A stretch of 64,000 bases of DNA from an uncultured Chloroflexia bacterium (GTDB lineage Bacteria; Chloroflexota; Limnocylindria; Limnocylindrales; CSP1-4): positions 128,001 through 192,000 of the forward strand of contig CAVXPZ010000004.1 of NCBI GenBank assembly GCA_963763775.1, read 5' to 3'. Of the stretch, positions 39,653-49,576 are shown in pieces (position 1 is the first letter of the stretch; each line of letters opens with the position of its first letter). The position numbers and the translations under genes are program-made. The notes under the pieces are model-generated. The model ran no database searches, was not told the DNA's origin, and saw nothing but the letters and a program-made list of their open reading frames with translations.

Positions 39653-40327
39653 TCAGGAGCGCGGCACCGCAGCGAGCAGGGACTCGATGTCGTGGATCGG
39701 GATCTCGCCCGCCACTCGCGCCGCGACCTTCCCCTGTCCGTCGAGGAGGACCAAGAACGGGTATGAACTCAGTCCGAACGCCTGCGCCACCGAGTTCGTG
39801 GGATCGTCGATGACCGGAACGGTCCAGCCGACCTGCTTGAGCCACTCGGCCGGCGGGTAATTCGGCAGGGTCGGATCGATCCCGGTCGACACGGACACGA
39901 GGTCCACGTCCTTCGGTGGCCCGCCTTTGTCGATCCAGTCCTGGATGAGCGGGACCTCACGGCCGCAATGTGGGCACCAATGGGCGAAGAAGATCACCAG
40001 CTGCGGCTTGCCCGTCGGGGCGATCCCGACCGGAGCGCCCTGGTAATCGTGGCCCGCGACGACGGGCGCCGCGAGGCCTTTCGCCGGATCACCGATCGTC
40101 TGGGTGAACCTCGGCAGGGCCGTCCCGGTGACCGTCGGCGGTCCGGTCAGGACCGTGGCTGCCGGGCTCGCGGATCCACCGGAGCCGGCCAGGCTGACCA
40201 CGACCGCGACGAGCGCCACGGCGGCGATCACGAGGCCGGCCACGGGGAGCAGCCACTTCGCGCCGGACGTCCGGCGCTCGCGCTGTCGGGCCGCCTCACG
40301 GCGGGAGGTTCGGGACTTCGAGGTCAT
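39653..40327 (-). CDS. Membrane-anchored TlpA/thioredoxin-like protein
   Basis: TM anchor, 'HWCPHC', 'SYP' cis-Pro loop. Confidence 0.88.
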   Translation of the reverse strand: MTSKSRTSRREAARQRERRTSGAKWLLPVAGLVIAAVALVAVVVSLAGSGGSASPAATVLTGPPTVTGTALPRFTQTIGDPAKGLAAPVVAGHDYQGAPVGIAPTGKPQLVIFFAHWCPHCGREVPLIQDWIDKGGPPKDVDLVSVSTGIDPTLPNYPPAEWLKQVGWTVPVIDDPTNSVAQAFGLSSYPFLVLLDGQGKVAARVAGEIPIHDIESLLAAVPRS

Positions 40328-40914
40328 GCGGGACTCCCAGGTGCGGGGTCTTCTACACGGTCCGGACCGTCGTCGAGATCCGGTCCGCGCACGGACAACA
40401 GCGTGAAGATCAGCAGGAAGGCGGCCAGGGCGAGCATCGGCAGGCTGATGAAGCCGAGCTCGCGGAACCAGATCACCGAGCAGGACGGACCGGTGCCGCA
40501 GGACCCCGTATCGAGCGCCGGGATCCACTCGAGGCCGAGGTGGTACGTCGAGATCACCGCCCCGATCGCCGCCAACACCCGGACGTAGATCCCGATCCCG
40601 GCATCGCGCCGGACCGCGGCGATCCCGAGGATCACGACGAGCGGGTACATGGCGATCCGCTGGAACCAGCACAGGCGGCACGGATCGAAGTGGGCGACCT
40701 CCGAGAAGTAGAGGCTGCCGATGGTCGCCAGCATCGCGACGATGAAGGCCATCCCGACGGCGTTGGGTTCGATGACGCCGCCGATGGCGTGATACCACCG
40801 TCGCGCCGACGCGGACGCGAACGCGAGCAGGCGCACGACGACAACGACGGCCACGAACGCGAACGCGATGATCGCGAGAAGGGCGTAGAAGAGCTGGACG
40901 GTCGAGGTCGCCAT
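40324..40914 (-). CDS. Disulfide bond formation protein DsbB/BdbC
   Basis: 'GSLYFSEV...[14 protein letters not shown]', 'SCGTGPSCS', 'FISLPMLAL'. Confidence 0.9.
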   Translation of the reverse strand: MATSTVQLFYALLAIIAFAFVAVVVVVRLLAFASASARRWYHAIGGVIEPNAVGMAFIVAMLATIGSLYFSEVAHFDPCRLCWFQRIAMYPLVVILGIAAVRRDAGIGIYVRVLAAIGAVISTYHLGLEWIPALDTGSCGTGPSCSVIWFRELGFISLPMLALAAFLLIFTLLSVRGPDLDDGPDRVEDPAPGSPA

Positions 40915-41151
40915 CACGCTCGATGCTGCGGGGTCCCGCGCGGCCCGCGCATGGGCCATCCGGCCCGGAGCGACGGGTCGGAATGGGCCGGTCCCGTCAC
41001 CGGACCGTGCGTGATGGGCTGCCGTGATGCCATGCCGGGATGGTACGAGGTCTTCGCGGACCGACCCCGCGAGCCGGCGGCGGCTTTCCGGTACACTCCG
41101 CACGCTCGTCCATCCGCGCCTCGTGCGCACCGCCACGGACGACGGCGCCGC

Positions 41152-41228
41152 GGTGGCCTTAGCTCAACCGGCAGAGCACTGGATTGTGGCTCCAGAGGTT
41201 ACGGGTTCGAGCCCCGTAGGCCACCCCA
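41152..41228 (+). tRNA. trnH: tRNA-His (GTG)
   Basis: G-1 plus acceptor GTGGCCT/AGGCCAC, anticodon arm CTGGA-TTGTGGC-TCCAG, GGTTCGA T-loop, discriminator C and encoded CCA. Confidence 0.97.
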
Positions 41229-41261
41229 ACCCCTTGGTCCGTCGCCGCAACGGCGCCCGGT

Positions 41262-41897
41262 CTATCGCGTGGCATACCCGAGGTACACCGTCTCGGCCAC
41301 GTGCTGGGCGAAGTCCGGGGTGAGGACGCCGCCGAACATCAGGCGAAAGTAGACCGGTCCCACGAGCAGCTCCGTGGCGACGTCCGCGTCGATATCCGCG
41401 CGGAGGTCGCCGCGGGCGATGCCTCGCTCGATCACGCGGGCGATCTCGTCGCGGCGCGCCCGGATGACCGTGGCCCGGAACGGATCGCCGAGCGCGGGGT
41501 TGCCGGCGATCTGCGACAGGAGGGCGCGGATGACCGGCCCGAACGCGGTCGCCGTCACGGCCTGCATCGCGTTGGTCACCGCGGCGAGCATCTCCGCGCT
41601 CGTGTCGCCGGTCTCGGCGATCTCGATGTGCGGTCCGGCCAGCTCGGTGAGGAGCTCCTGGCACAGCGCCTCCTTCGAGGCCCAGCGCCGGTAGATCGTG
41701 GCCTTGCCGACGCCCGCGCGGGTCGCGACGGTCTCCAGCCGGAGTCGGGTGAACCCCACCTCGACGAGTTCGGCGCGAGCCGCGTCGAGGATCGCGCGAT
41801 GCGCCGCCGCACTGCGTGGCCGTCCGGAGCGGCGGGGACCCGGCGAGGACTCGGTCCGGGAGTTTCGAGACTGGCCGTCTTGATATTCGGTCGCCAT
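41262..41897 (-). CDS. TetR/AcrR-family regulator
   Basis: 'GRPRS...ILDAA...VATRAGVGKATIYRRWASKEAL', 'GIARGDLR'. Confidence 0.92.
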   Translation of the reverse strand: MATEYQDGQSRNSRTESSPGPRRSGRPRSAAAHRAILDAARAELVEVGFTRLRLETVATRAGVGKATIYRRWASKEALCQELLTELAGPHIEIAETGDTSAEMLAAVTNAMQAVTATAFGPVIRALLSQIAGNPALGDPFRATVIRARRDEIARVIERGIARGDLRADIDADVATELLVGPVYFRLMFGGVLTPDFAQHVAETVYLGYATR

Positions 41898-41905
41898 GCT
41901 GTTAT

Positions 41906-41925
41906 GATACGGCTCGTTCCGTATC
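41906..41925. promoter_or_regulatory. TetR operator in divergent promoter
   Basis: GATACGG-N6-CCGTATC palindrome between tetR and ORF 41947. Confidence 0.7.
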
Positions 41926-41946
41926 GCAACACAGGATCTCCGCACC

Positions 41947-42180
41947 ATGGACACCCGAACCACCATCGTCAGCCTCGTCGAAGACGCCGCCCGCTCCACG
42001 CCCCAGTGCGACTGCGGCGCGCCGATGGTCGCGGTCGAGCACGACGGCGGTCTCTGGCTCGAATGCGCCGATCACGACCGCCACGACGGCAGTCGCTGGA
42101 CGCGCCTCCGCACCGGCCGCTGGCTGGACACGCACGCCCGCCGCCTCCTGCTCGATCAGAGCGAACTGCTCGCCGCCTGA
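41947..42180 (+). CDS. Small putative zinc-ribbon protein
   Basis: 'CDCGAPM...WLEC...H'; CAGGA upstream; divergent from tetR. Confidence 0.65.
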   Translation: MDTRTTIVSLVEDAARSTPQCDCGAPMVAVEHDGGLWLECADHDRHDGSRWTRLRTGRWLDTHARRLLLDQSELLAA

Positions 42181-42327
42181 CCACGGACGGGCGGTATCGC
42201 CCGCGGCTTCGGGCCGATGGGCTCTGGTCCCGCGGGCCCCGCCGACGTCCCATGGACGCACCGGGGACAGCCGCACGACGACGGGCCGCGCGCCGGACCC
42301 GGTCAGTCCACGGTGGAGGGTGGAGCC

Positions 42328-42811
42328 ATGAACAGTGTGGTCATCTACGCGACGCGGTCCGGCAATACGCGTCGGATCGCCTCGGCCATCGCCGACGAGC
42401 TCCGCCGCCTCGGGCCGTGCGACCTGCTCGCGGCCGACGCGGCGCCGTACCGGATCCCGGCCGGGACGCAGCTCCTGGTCATCGGTGGCCCGACCGAGGG
42501 GCACGGCATGACCGAGTCGATCGAGCGGTTCCTCGACGATCTCGAGATCACGGCCCTCGACGGGATCGCCGCGGCCGCCTTCGACACCCGGCTCCGGTGG
42601 CCCAAGGTCCTGTCCGGATCCGCCGCCGAAGGGATCGCGCGACGCCTCACCAGCGACGGGGCGGTCGTCGTCGTGCCGCCCGAGAGCTTCATGCGTGACG
42701 CGCAAGCCGGCGCTCGAACCCGGCGAGGAACAGCGAGCCACGGCCTGGGCGGCCTCCCTGGCCGCGGTCGTGGGTGATCGATCCGTACCTGTCGTGTCGA
42801 CGCCGGCCTGA
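42328..42811 (+). CDS. Flavodoxin-like protein (frameshift ~42692)
   Basis: 'YATRSGNTRRIA', 'IGGPT', 'AAFDTR', 'PPESF'; continues '...PALEPGEEQRATAWA' in the next frame. Confidence 0.85.
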
Positions 42812-42906
42812 CCGCCCACGGTCCGATCGACCCCATCACGGGCCGGCACAGCACGGACCCGGTCCTGCCAGGAACGCGGCGGGCACGCCGACACGGGGGA
42901 CGCGGC

Positions 42907-44151
42907 CTAGGCGCGCACGTCTGGGACGATCCGGAACAGCTCCACCGGCCCGAGCCCCTGCAGGTCGACCGGGCCGACCGGTTCCGCCCGCGCCGCGATG
43001 GCCGGGTCGGCCTCCAGCACAGCGCGCGTGAGGAAGAGCACGCCCGATGGCGCCGCGTCGGCGGCGCGGGACGCCAGGTTCACGGCCCGACCGAAGACGT
43101 CCCCCTCACGCTCGATGAACCGCCCGCTGTGGACGCCGGCATGGCCGAGAGGGAGCCCAGCGGCCGGCAGCGCCGCGAGCAGCTCGAGCGTCCCCTCGAC
43201 GGCCGTCCTCGCGTCTCCGAACCGCAGCAGGACCCCGTCGCCGAGGAGCTTGACCACGCGGCCGCCGTGGGGCGTCGTCGTCACGCGGGCCAACTCGCCG
43301 AGCCGGAGTGAGACGCCGGCGGCGACCTCGTCGCCCGCCTCCTCGGACAGCCGGGTGAAACCGGTGAGGTCCACGAAGGCGATCCCCGGGTCGACGGTCG
43401 GCCGCTCCGGCAGGAAGCCGAGGTCCTCGAGGGTCTTCTCGGTCGCCTCGGCCGAGTAGGCATCGACGGCGTGGCTCATGTGCTGGGCCGTCAGCCACGC
43501 GGCGAGGGCCGGGGCGGACCTGGCGATGCGGGCCCACGGTCGCACGACCTCGTACGCCTCGGCCGGCGGGAGACCGACGAAGGCGTCGCCGAGTTCGGCC
43601 GCGACCTCCCCGTAGACCCCGAGCGACGCATCGGCGGCCCGGCGCGTCGCCTCGGCGAAGAGCCGGACGGTGCGCATCGCCGCGTCCGGTCGGCCGATCG
43701 CCTCCAGCATGCCGAGCAGCTCGGTGAGAAAGGCCTCGTCGTCGACGCCGAGCCGCGATCCGGGCGCGGGCTCGGCGATCCCGAACGCGTCGTACAGCGG
43801 CTGGAGACGCGGCCCAAGGTCCCCGAGCGACGCCTGGAACGCCGCGTACGTCCGCGTCGACGGCGGCGATGCCGAGGCGTGGAGCTCGTCGTAGTAGTCG
43901 AAGCTGACACGACCTGCCCGACTGGCCGCCATGAGCGCGTCCATCGAGACCCCGACCTGCTCGAACGCCGCGACGAGTCGCAGCCGATGGATGTCGCCGA
44001 TCCGAAAGCGGTCGGGCGCGACGGGAGTGATGACGCCCCGGGCGACCAGGTCCGCGAGGCGCTCGGGTGTCGTCCCGGCACGAGCCGCGAGCTCCGCCCC
44101 GTCCAGGGTCGGGACGTGCGCGGCCGACGTGGCGTCGCTGCCATCCGTCAT
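42907..44151 (-). CDS. Class III adenylate/guanylate cyclase with N-terminal HTH-like/regulatory region
   Basis: 'AFVDLTGFTRL', 'VKLLGDGV', 'GDVFGRAVNLASR'. Confidence 0.88.
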   Translation of the reverse strand: MTDGSDATSAAHVPTLDGAELAARAGTTPERLADLVARGVITPVAPDRFRIGDIHRLRLVAAFEQVGVSMDALMAASRAGRVSFDYYDELHASASPPSTRTYAAFQASLGDLGPRLQPLYDAFGIAEPAPGSRLGVDDEAFLTELLGMLEAIGRPDAAMRTVRLFAEATRRAADASLGVYGEVAAELGDAFVGLPPAEAYEVVRPWARIARSAPALAAWLTAQHMSHAVDAYSAEATEKTLEDLGFLPERPTVDPGIAFVDLTGFTRLSEEAGDEVAAGVSLRLGELARVTTTPHGGRVVKLLGDGVLLRFGDARTAVEGTLELLAALPAAGLPLGHAGVHSGRFIEREGDVFGRAVNLASRAADAAPSGVLFLTRAVLEADPAIAARAEPVGPVDLQGLGPVELFRIVPDVRA

Positions 44152-44257
44152 GGCGCGTATTGTCGGATGTCCGGCGGCCGGCCGTCGGACCGGGCGTTGC
44201 CTGAGAGGCTCGCACCGGCCGGCCATGCCCGGCAGATGCCGGGCCTAGACTGACGCG

Positions 44258-44983
44258 ATGCCGAACCGTGCCCCCGCCGAAGGCCGCGTCGTCCTGATCA
44301 CCGGGTCCACCGGCGGACTCGGACCCGCCGTCGCCGCATCCTTCGCCAGGGACGGCGCCCGGCTCGTGCTCGCGGGGAGGCACGCCGAGCGGCTCGATCG
44401 CCTCGCGGCCGAGCTTGGCCTCGCCCCGGATCGTGGCTTGCCGCTCACCGTGGACCTCCGCGACCGTGACCAGACGCGAGCCGCGATCGCGCGCGTCCAC
44501 GACGCGTTCGGCGGTGTCGACGTCCTGGTCCACCTCGTCGGCGGATGGTCGGGCGGGACCGCGGTCGTCGACCTCGAGCCCGGCGAGCTCACCGCGATGC
44601 TCGACCCACATCTTTGGATGACGCTCAACGTCACACAGGCCGTCCTGCCCGGGATGCTCGAGCGAGGCTGGGGCCGGATCGTCGCGGTGTCGTCGCCGTT
44701 CGCCGCCGACCCGGGGCCGCGCGGTGCGGCCTATGCGATCGCCAAGTCCGCCGAGGAGACGCTCATCCGCACGGTCTCGCGTGAGGTCGCGTCGAGCGGC
44801 GTGACCGCCAACGTCCTCGTCGTGAAGGCGATCGACACGGCGCACGCCCGCGAGACGGATCCATCGCCCAAGCACGCGTCGTGGACCACCCCGGAGGAGG
44901 CCGCGGCGGCGATCCGCTTCCTGTGCTCGGAGGATGCCGCCGCCATCAACGGGGCGCGCATCCGTCTCGACGGCAGGGCCTGA
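44258..44983 (+). CDS. Short-chain dehydrogenase/reductase
   Basis: 'ITGSTGGLG', 'YAIAKS'. Confidence 0.9.
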   Translation: MPNRAPAEGRVVLITGSTGGLGPAVAASFARDGARLVLAGRHAERLDRLAAELGLAPDRGLPLTVDLRDRDQTRAAIARVHDAFGGVDVLVHLVGGWSGGTAVVDLEPGELTAMLDPHLWMTLNVTQAVLPGMLERGWGRIVAVSSPFAADPGPRGAAYAIAKSAEETLIRTVSREVASSGVTANVLVVKAIDTAHARETDPSPKHASWTTPEEAAAAIRFLCSEDAAAINGARIRLDGRA

Positions 44984-45135
44984 CGGTCACAAGGTCCCGA
45001 GCAGAACGGGCCGTTCGGACCGTCCGCGCGACCCGCCGTGTCGCTGTAATCACGTCCAGGCTCCGACGCGTGGTGCGTGGTGTGACGGTCTCGCCACCTG
45101 GGCGAGCCGAGACGACAAGAGGGATGGAGGAAGGG

Positions 45136-45883
45136 ATGATGTCCTCGCCGAAGCGGTGGGCGGTCCCACTCGGGATCGTGGCAGCGGTCTTGCTGCTGCT
45201 GCTCGTCAACCCGTGGGTGGAGGTCTCGGCCGACTTCCGTCCGTGGATCAGCTACCTGTTCTGGATCATCGCGATCGTCCTGCTGGTGGTCCTGTACATG
45301 ACCGCGCGGTCCGACCCGGGCAGCGACACGGTCGAGATCGAAGGCCCGGCGTTCGCCCGGTTCCTCTTCAACAACTCGCGAGCCGGCATCTTCTGGCTCC
45401 CGATCCGGCTGTTCCTGGGCTTCGAGTGGCTCGAGGCCGGGTGGCACAAGCTCACCGGGCGGCGGCTGGATCACCAATGGCGGCAGCGCCTCGCCGGCTA
45501 TTGGAAGAGTGTCGCCGCGGTGCCGGCACCGGTCGGCCACCGATCACGTACGAGTGGTACCGAGACTTCATCAACTTCCTGCTCGCAGGGCCACCATGAG
45601 ACAGTGGTTCGCCTGGGTCGATCACCTTCGGCGAGACTCGCGGTCGGGCTCGGCCTGATCTTCGGGGTCCTCACGGGCGTGGCCGCGCTTCTTCGGGGCC
45701 TTCATGAACATGTCGTTCCTGCTGGCCGGCTCCGCGTCGGTCAACCCGGTCATGTTCACCCTGGCCATCGGCCTGGTGCTCGCCTGGAAGGTCGCGGGGT
45801 ACTACGGCGTCGACCGCTGGCTCCTGCCGATGCTGGGCACGCCGTGGAAGCCGCTGCCGAGCCGGACCGGTTCGACGTCCTGA
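45136..45883 (+). CDS. DoxX/TQO-subunit-like membrane protein (several frameshifts 45460-45700)
   Basis: 'WLPIRLFLGFEWLEAGWHK'; 'ITYEWYRDFI', 'FMNMSFLLAGSASVNP' and 'AWKVAGYYGVDRWLLP' appear in alternating frames. Confidence 0.8.
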
Positions 45884-45901
45884 CCATCGCCCCCAGGTAT
45901 C

Positions 45902-45937
45902 AGAGCGGCGCCATCCGGGCCGGGATGGCGCCGCTCT
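45902..45937. terminator. Hairpin terminator between convergent genes
   Basis: AGAGCGGCGCCATCC-N6-GGATGGCGCCGCTCT, a perfect 15-bp stem. Confidence 0.75.
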
Positions 45938-45965
45938 TCGATTCCCGGCCCGTCGACGGACGGAC

Positions 45966-46284
45966 TCAATCGAGGTGGAACACCTCGTCGAGCCGGCGGT
46001 GGAAGCCCGTGGCCGGGTCGGTGAGCGGGTCGATCAGGCTCGATCCCATCTCGGCCTGCCAACGGGCGTTGACCTCGCTCTGCGTTCAGGTATCGCTGGA
46101 ACCGGCCCAGGTCCGCGACCTCGAGGTAGCCGAACAGCCGGTCGCCATCGAGGAAGATCGAGTAGTCGGCCGCGCCCGCGGCCTTGAGCTCAGCCAGCAT
46201 CTCCGGCCACACGGCCGCATGCCGTCGCCGGTACTCCTCCTCGGCTCCGGGGAGGAGGCGCATCGTGAACCCGACTCGTTCCAT
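45966..46284 (-). CDS. rhaM: L-rhamnose mutarotase (frameshift ~46080)
   Basis: 'EEYRRRHAAVWPEM', 'YSIFL', 'LFGY', then 'VNARWQAEM...LDEVFHLD'. Confidence 0.88.
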
Positions 46285-46304
46285 GGAGCCTCCGGATGCG
46301 TGAA

Positions 46305-46335
46305 GGGCCCCGGTCGCCGTCGGCGACCGGGGCCC
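46305..46335. terminator. Stem-loop after the SBP gene
   Basis: GGGCCCCGGTCGCCG-T-CGGCGACCGGGGCCC. Confidence 0.65.
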
Positions 46336-46360
46336 TGACCTACGCTCGGTGAGCGGTGAG

Positions 46361-47476
46361 CTAGAAGTTGAAGTCGTTGACGTTGGTCTTGTCGAACCGG
46401 AAGGCCGGGCCGAGGATGACCACGCCGTCCTTGCCGATCGTGTAGGGCTTGCCATCGTTGAGACCGGGCACGGTGAAGGTCTCGCCTTCCTTGCCGGTGA
46501 TCTCGCCGCTGACGAGCTTCTCCGCGACCTGCTCGGCCAGGGTGCCCAGATCCGGGACGCTCCACAGGCCGAAGACCGGCGACGTGCCGTCCGCGACGAA
46601 CGGCTTCATATCGTTCGGGAACCCGAGCCCGGTCACCTTGACCGAGTCCGACTTCTTGGCCTTCTGGACGACCTGCGCGGCCGCCAGGATGCCGACGGTG
46701 GTCGGGGCGACGATCGCCTTGAGGTTCGGGTACTTGGTGAGGAGCGCCTGCGCCTGCTGGGTGCTCTTGGTCGCGTCGTCATCGCCGTAGACGGTGTCGA
46801 CGAGCTTGAGGCCCTTGTACTTGGCATCGGTCGACAGGGTCGACTTCATGAGGTCGATCCAGGCGTTCTGGTTGGTGGCCGTCGCAGCCGCCGACAGGAT
46901 CGCGATGTCGCCGGTGCAGTTCGGGACGATCTCGCAGGCCCAGTCGGCGAGGTTCACACCGACGCCGCTGAAGTCGACCTGATTGACGAAGACGTCATAG
47001 GCGCCGACCGCCGGGCTCGAGTCGAACCCGACGACCTTGATCCCCTGCGCCATCGCGTCCTTGAGGGCCGGGGCGACCTCATCCTTGCCGTCGGCCGAGA
47101 TGATGATCGCGCTGACCTTCTGGGTGGTCAGGTCGGTGATGAAGGGGATCTGGAGATCCGGCTTCGCCTCGTTCGGCCCGACCTGGATGACCGTGGCGCC
47201 GGAAGCGGCCGCGGCCTTGTCGACGCCGGTCTTCGCAGCGGCGAAGTACTGGTTGACGATGTCCTTCGGCAGGTAGCCGATGGTGAGCGGGCCGGCCGCG
47301 GCTGACGCCGACGGGGCGGCGGCGGACGGCGCGGCGGCTGACGGCGCAGCCGCCGACGGGGCCGCTGCCGACGGGGCAGCAGCCGACGAGCTCGAGCCGG
47401 CGCTCGAGCACGCGGCGAACACGAGCACTGCGACGCTCGTGAGGGCGAACAACCGCCCGAATGATCTGGTCTTCAA
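46361..47476 (-). CDS. rhaS: Rhamnose ABC substrate-binding lipoprotein
   Basis: GAGGAGG RBS plus TTG, lipobox 'FAAC', PSAAA linker repeats, 'LPKDIVNQYF', 'ATATNQNAW', 'PTTVGI'. Confidence 0.88.
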   Translation of the reverse strand: MKTRSFGRLFALTSVAVLVFAACSSAGSSSSAAAPSAAAPSAAAPSAAAPSAAAPSASAAAGPLTIGYLPKDIVNQYFAAAKTGVDKAAAASGATVIQVGPNEAKPDLQIPFITDLTTQKVSAIIISADGKDEVAPALKDAMAQGIKVVGFDSSPAVGAYDVFVNQVDFSGVGVNLADWACEIVPNCTGDIAILSAAATATNQNAWIDLMKSTLSTDAKYKGLKLVDTVYGDDDATKSTQQAQALLTKYPNLKAIVAPTTVGILAAAQVVQKAKKSDSVKVTGLGFPNDMKPFVADGTSPVFGLWSVPDLGTLAEQVAEKLVSGEITGKEGETFTVPGLNDGKPYTIGKDGVVILGPAFRFDKTNVNDFNF

Positions 47477-47495
47477 CGCTGGTACCTCCTCTGGT

Positions 47496-48549
47496 CTATC
47501 CACTCACTGCCTCACCACCCGGGACCGAGTCGACCGGTGGGGGTCTGCCCCCGCGGACCCGATCGGCGGCCGACTTGGCCTGGTGAGCAAAGGTGGGGAT
47601 GACGACCGAGAGGATCAGGAGCGACCCGAGGGCGATGCTCTGGACCTCGACCGTCACGCTGGCGAGCCGGAGGGCGTTCTGCATCACGGCCACGACGAGG
47701 ACCGCGAGGACGACGCCCGGGATCGTGCCCGACCCGCCGAAGATGTTGACCCCGCCGAGCAGCACGACGGTCACGACGGTCAGGGTCATGCCCTGGCCCG
47801 CGTCCGCCCGGGCGCTCGAGAGACGGGACGTGAGGATGACGCCGGCCAGCGCCGCGACGAGCCCGGACAGGACGAACAGCCCGGTCCGCAGTGCGCGTGA
47901 CCCGGACACCCGAGAACCGCGCGGCGCCGGTGTTCTTGCCGACCGCGTAGATCTGGCGGCCGACCCACGTCCGGTGCAGGACGAACCCGAGGATGACGGC
48001 CAGGGCCAGGAAGACGACGAAGGGCCAGGGGATGTCGGTACCCGGGACGTGGCCGAAGCCGAGTTCGGTGAAGGCCGGGGGGAAATCGCTGACGCCGGTC
48101 GGGCCGAGCACGATGAGCGCCATCCCGCGGAAGAGGGCCAGCGTGCCGAGCGTCACCACGAGGGACGGGAGGCCGCCCCGCGCCACCAGCACGCCGTTGA
48201 GCAGCCCGCCGAGGGCGCCCACCGCGAGGACCACCGGGATGCCGATCTCGAGCGGCACGCCGGCCGCCCAGAGGAACCCCAGGATCGCGCTCGCGAGGCC
48301 CGCCATCGACTCGATGGAGAGGTCGATCTCGCCCGCGATGATGATCAGGGTCACCGGCAGCGCCATGATCGCGACTTCCATGAGCGCGGCCGTGAGGTTG
48401 CCGAAGTTGCCGCTCGTCAGGAAGAACGGCGAGAGGGCGTTGCCGAGGACGATGAGCCCGAGGAGCGCGACGGCGAGGAGGACCTCCCAGCGGGCGAGCC
48501 GACGGACCCACGGCCGGGTCGTGGCGCCCGAGTCCACGGCCGCGCTCAT
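47496..48549 (-). CDS. Rhamnose ABC permease (frameshift ~47895)
   Basis: 'IIAGEIDLS', 'GRQIYAVG', 'VLLGGVNIFGGSG'. Confidence 0.88.
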
Positions 48550-49576
48550 CGAGCCCGCCTCGCGACCGTCGCCCGATGGACGCGCCGGACGATGAAGGCG
48601 TCAGCGCTCACGGCGACGAGGATCACCAGGCCGTAGATCGCCTGGAGCCAGAACTGCGAGAGACCCACGAGGATGAGCGCGTTGGCGATGAACCCGAGGA
48701 AGATGCGCGCCGATCGCGGCGCCGGCGACGGTGCCCGAGCCGCCGAAGATGTTCACGCCGCCGACCACGACGGCGGCCACGACCGCAAGGGTGACGCCGT
48801 TGGCCGACGTCCCGTTGATGGTCCCGAACTCCTGCACCCACATGACCCCGGCGACGCCGGCGAGCAGGCCGCAGATCGAGAACGCGGCGAACACGACGAG
48901 ACGTGACCGGATGCCGAGGATCCGGGCCGCCTCGGGGTTGCTGCCGACCGCATAGACCTGGCGCCCGAAGCGTGTGTAGCGCAGCACCACCGACCCGATG
49001 ACGACGACGATCAGCGCGACGACGACGAAGACCGGGATCCCGAGGATGCTGTCGCTCGCCGGATTCGTGAAGTCCGCGGGCAGGCCGGCCAGCGGCACCT
49101 GGTGGGGGCCGGCGATGAGATAGTCGATACCGCGGAAGATGCTGAGCGTGCCGAGGGTCGCGCACGATCGCGGGGACCTTGAAGATCGTGACGATGACGC
49201 CGTTCACCATGCCGAGCCCGAGCCCGAGCGCGATGCCGAAGACGATGGCCGCCTGAGGATCCAGCGCGTGCAGCTCGAGGGTCCTCGCGACCGCGTAGGC
49301 GACGAGGCCCATCATCGCTTCCACCGACAGGTCGACGTTGCGGGTGATGATCACGATCGCTTCGCCGACCGCCGCCACGGCGGTGATCGCCGCGAGGACG
49401 GCGACGTTCGTGAAGTTGTCGATCGACAGGAACTGCGGTGCGGCGAACGCGACGAGCGCCCCGAGCACGATCATGATCGCGACGAGGCTGAGCTCGCGCT
49501 GACGCGCGACGACCGAGAGCCACTGGCCCCTCGGTGCGGCCGGAGCGGCGATGGTGCTGAGGGCCGGGTCAGTCAT
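48546..49576 (-). CDS. Rhamnose ABC permease (frameshifts ~48705, ~49165)
   Basis: 'IITRNVDLSV', 'GRQVYAVGSNPEAA', 'VVGGVNIFGGSG'. Confidence 0.88.

Noticed and set aside
41152-41228. tRNA-His as integration site of a genomic island
   Set aside because: No integrase and no duplicated tRNA 3' end were seen in the window.
42181-42327. Possible DosR/Rex-like boxes before the flavodoxin gene
   Set aside because: GGG..CCC pseudo-palindromes are too common at this GC content to be supported.
47295-47390. 15-bp tandem repeats
   Set aside because: They encode the PSAAA flexible linker of the rhamnose-binding lipoprotein, with synonymous variation; ordinary.
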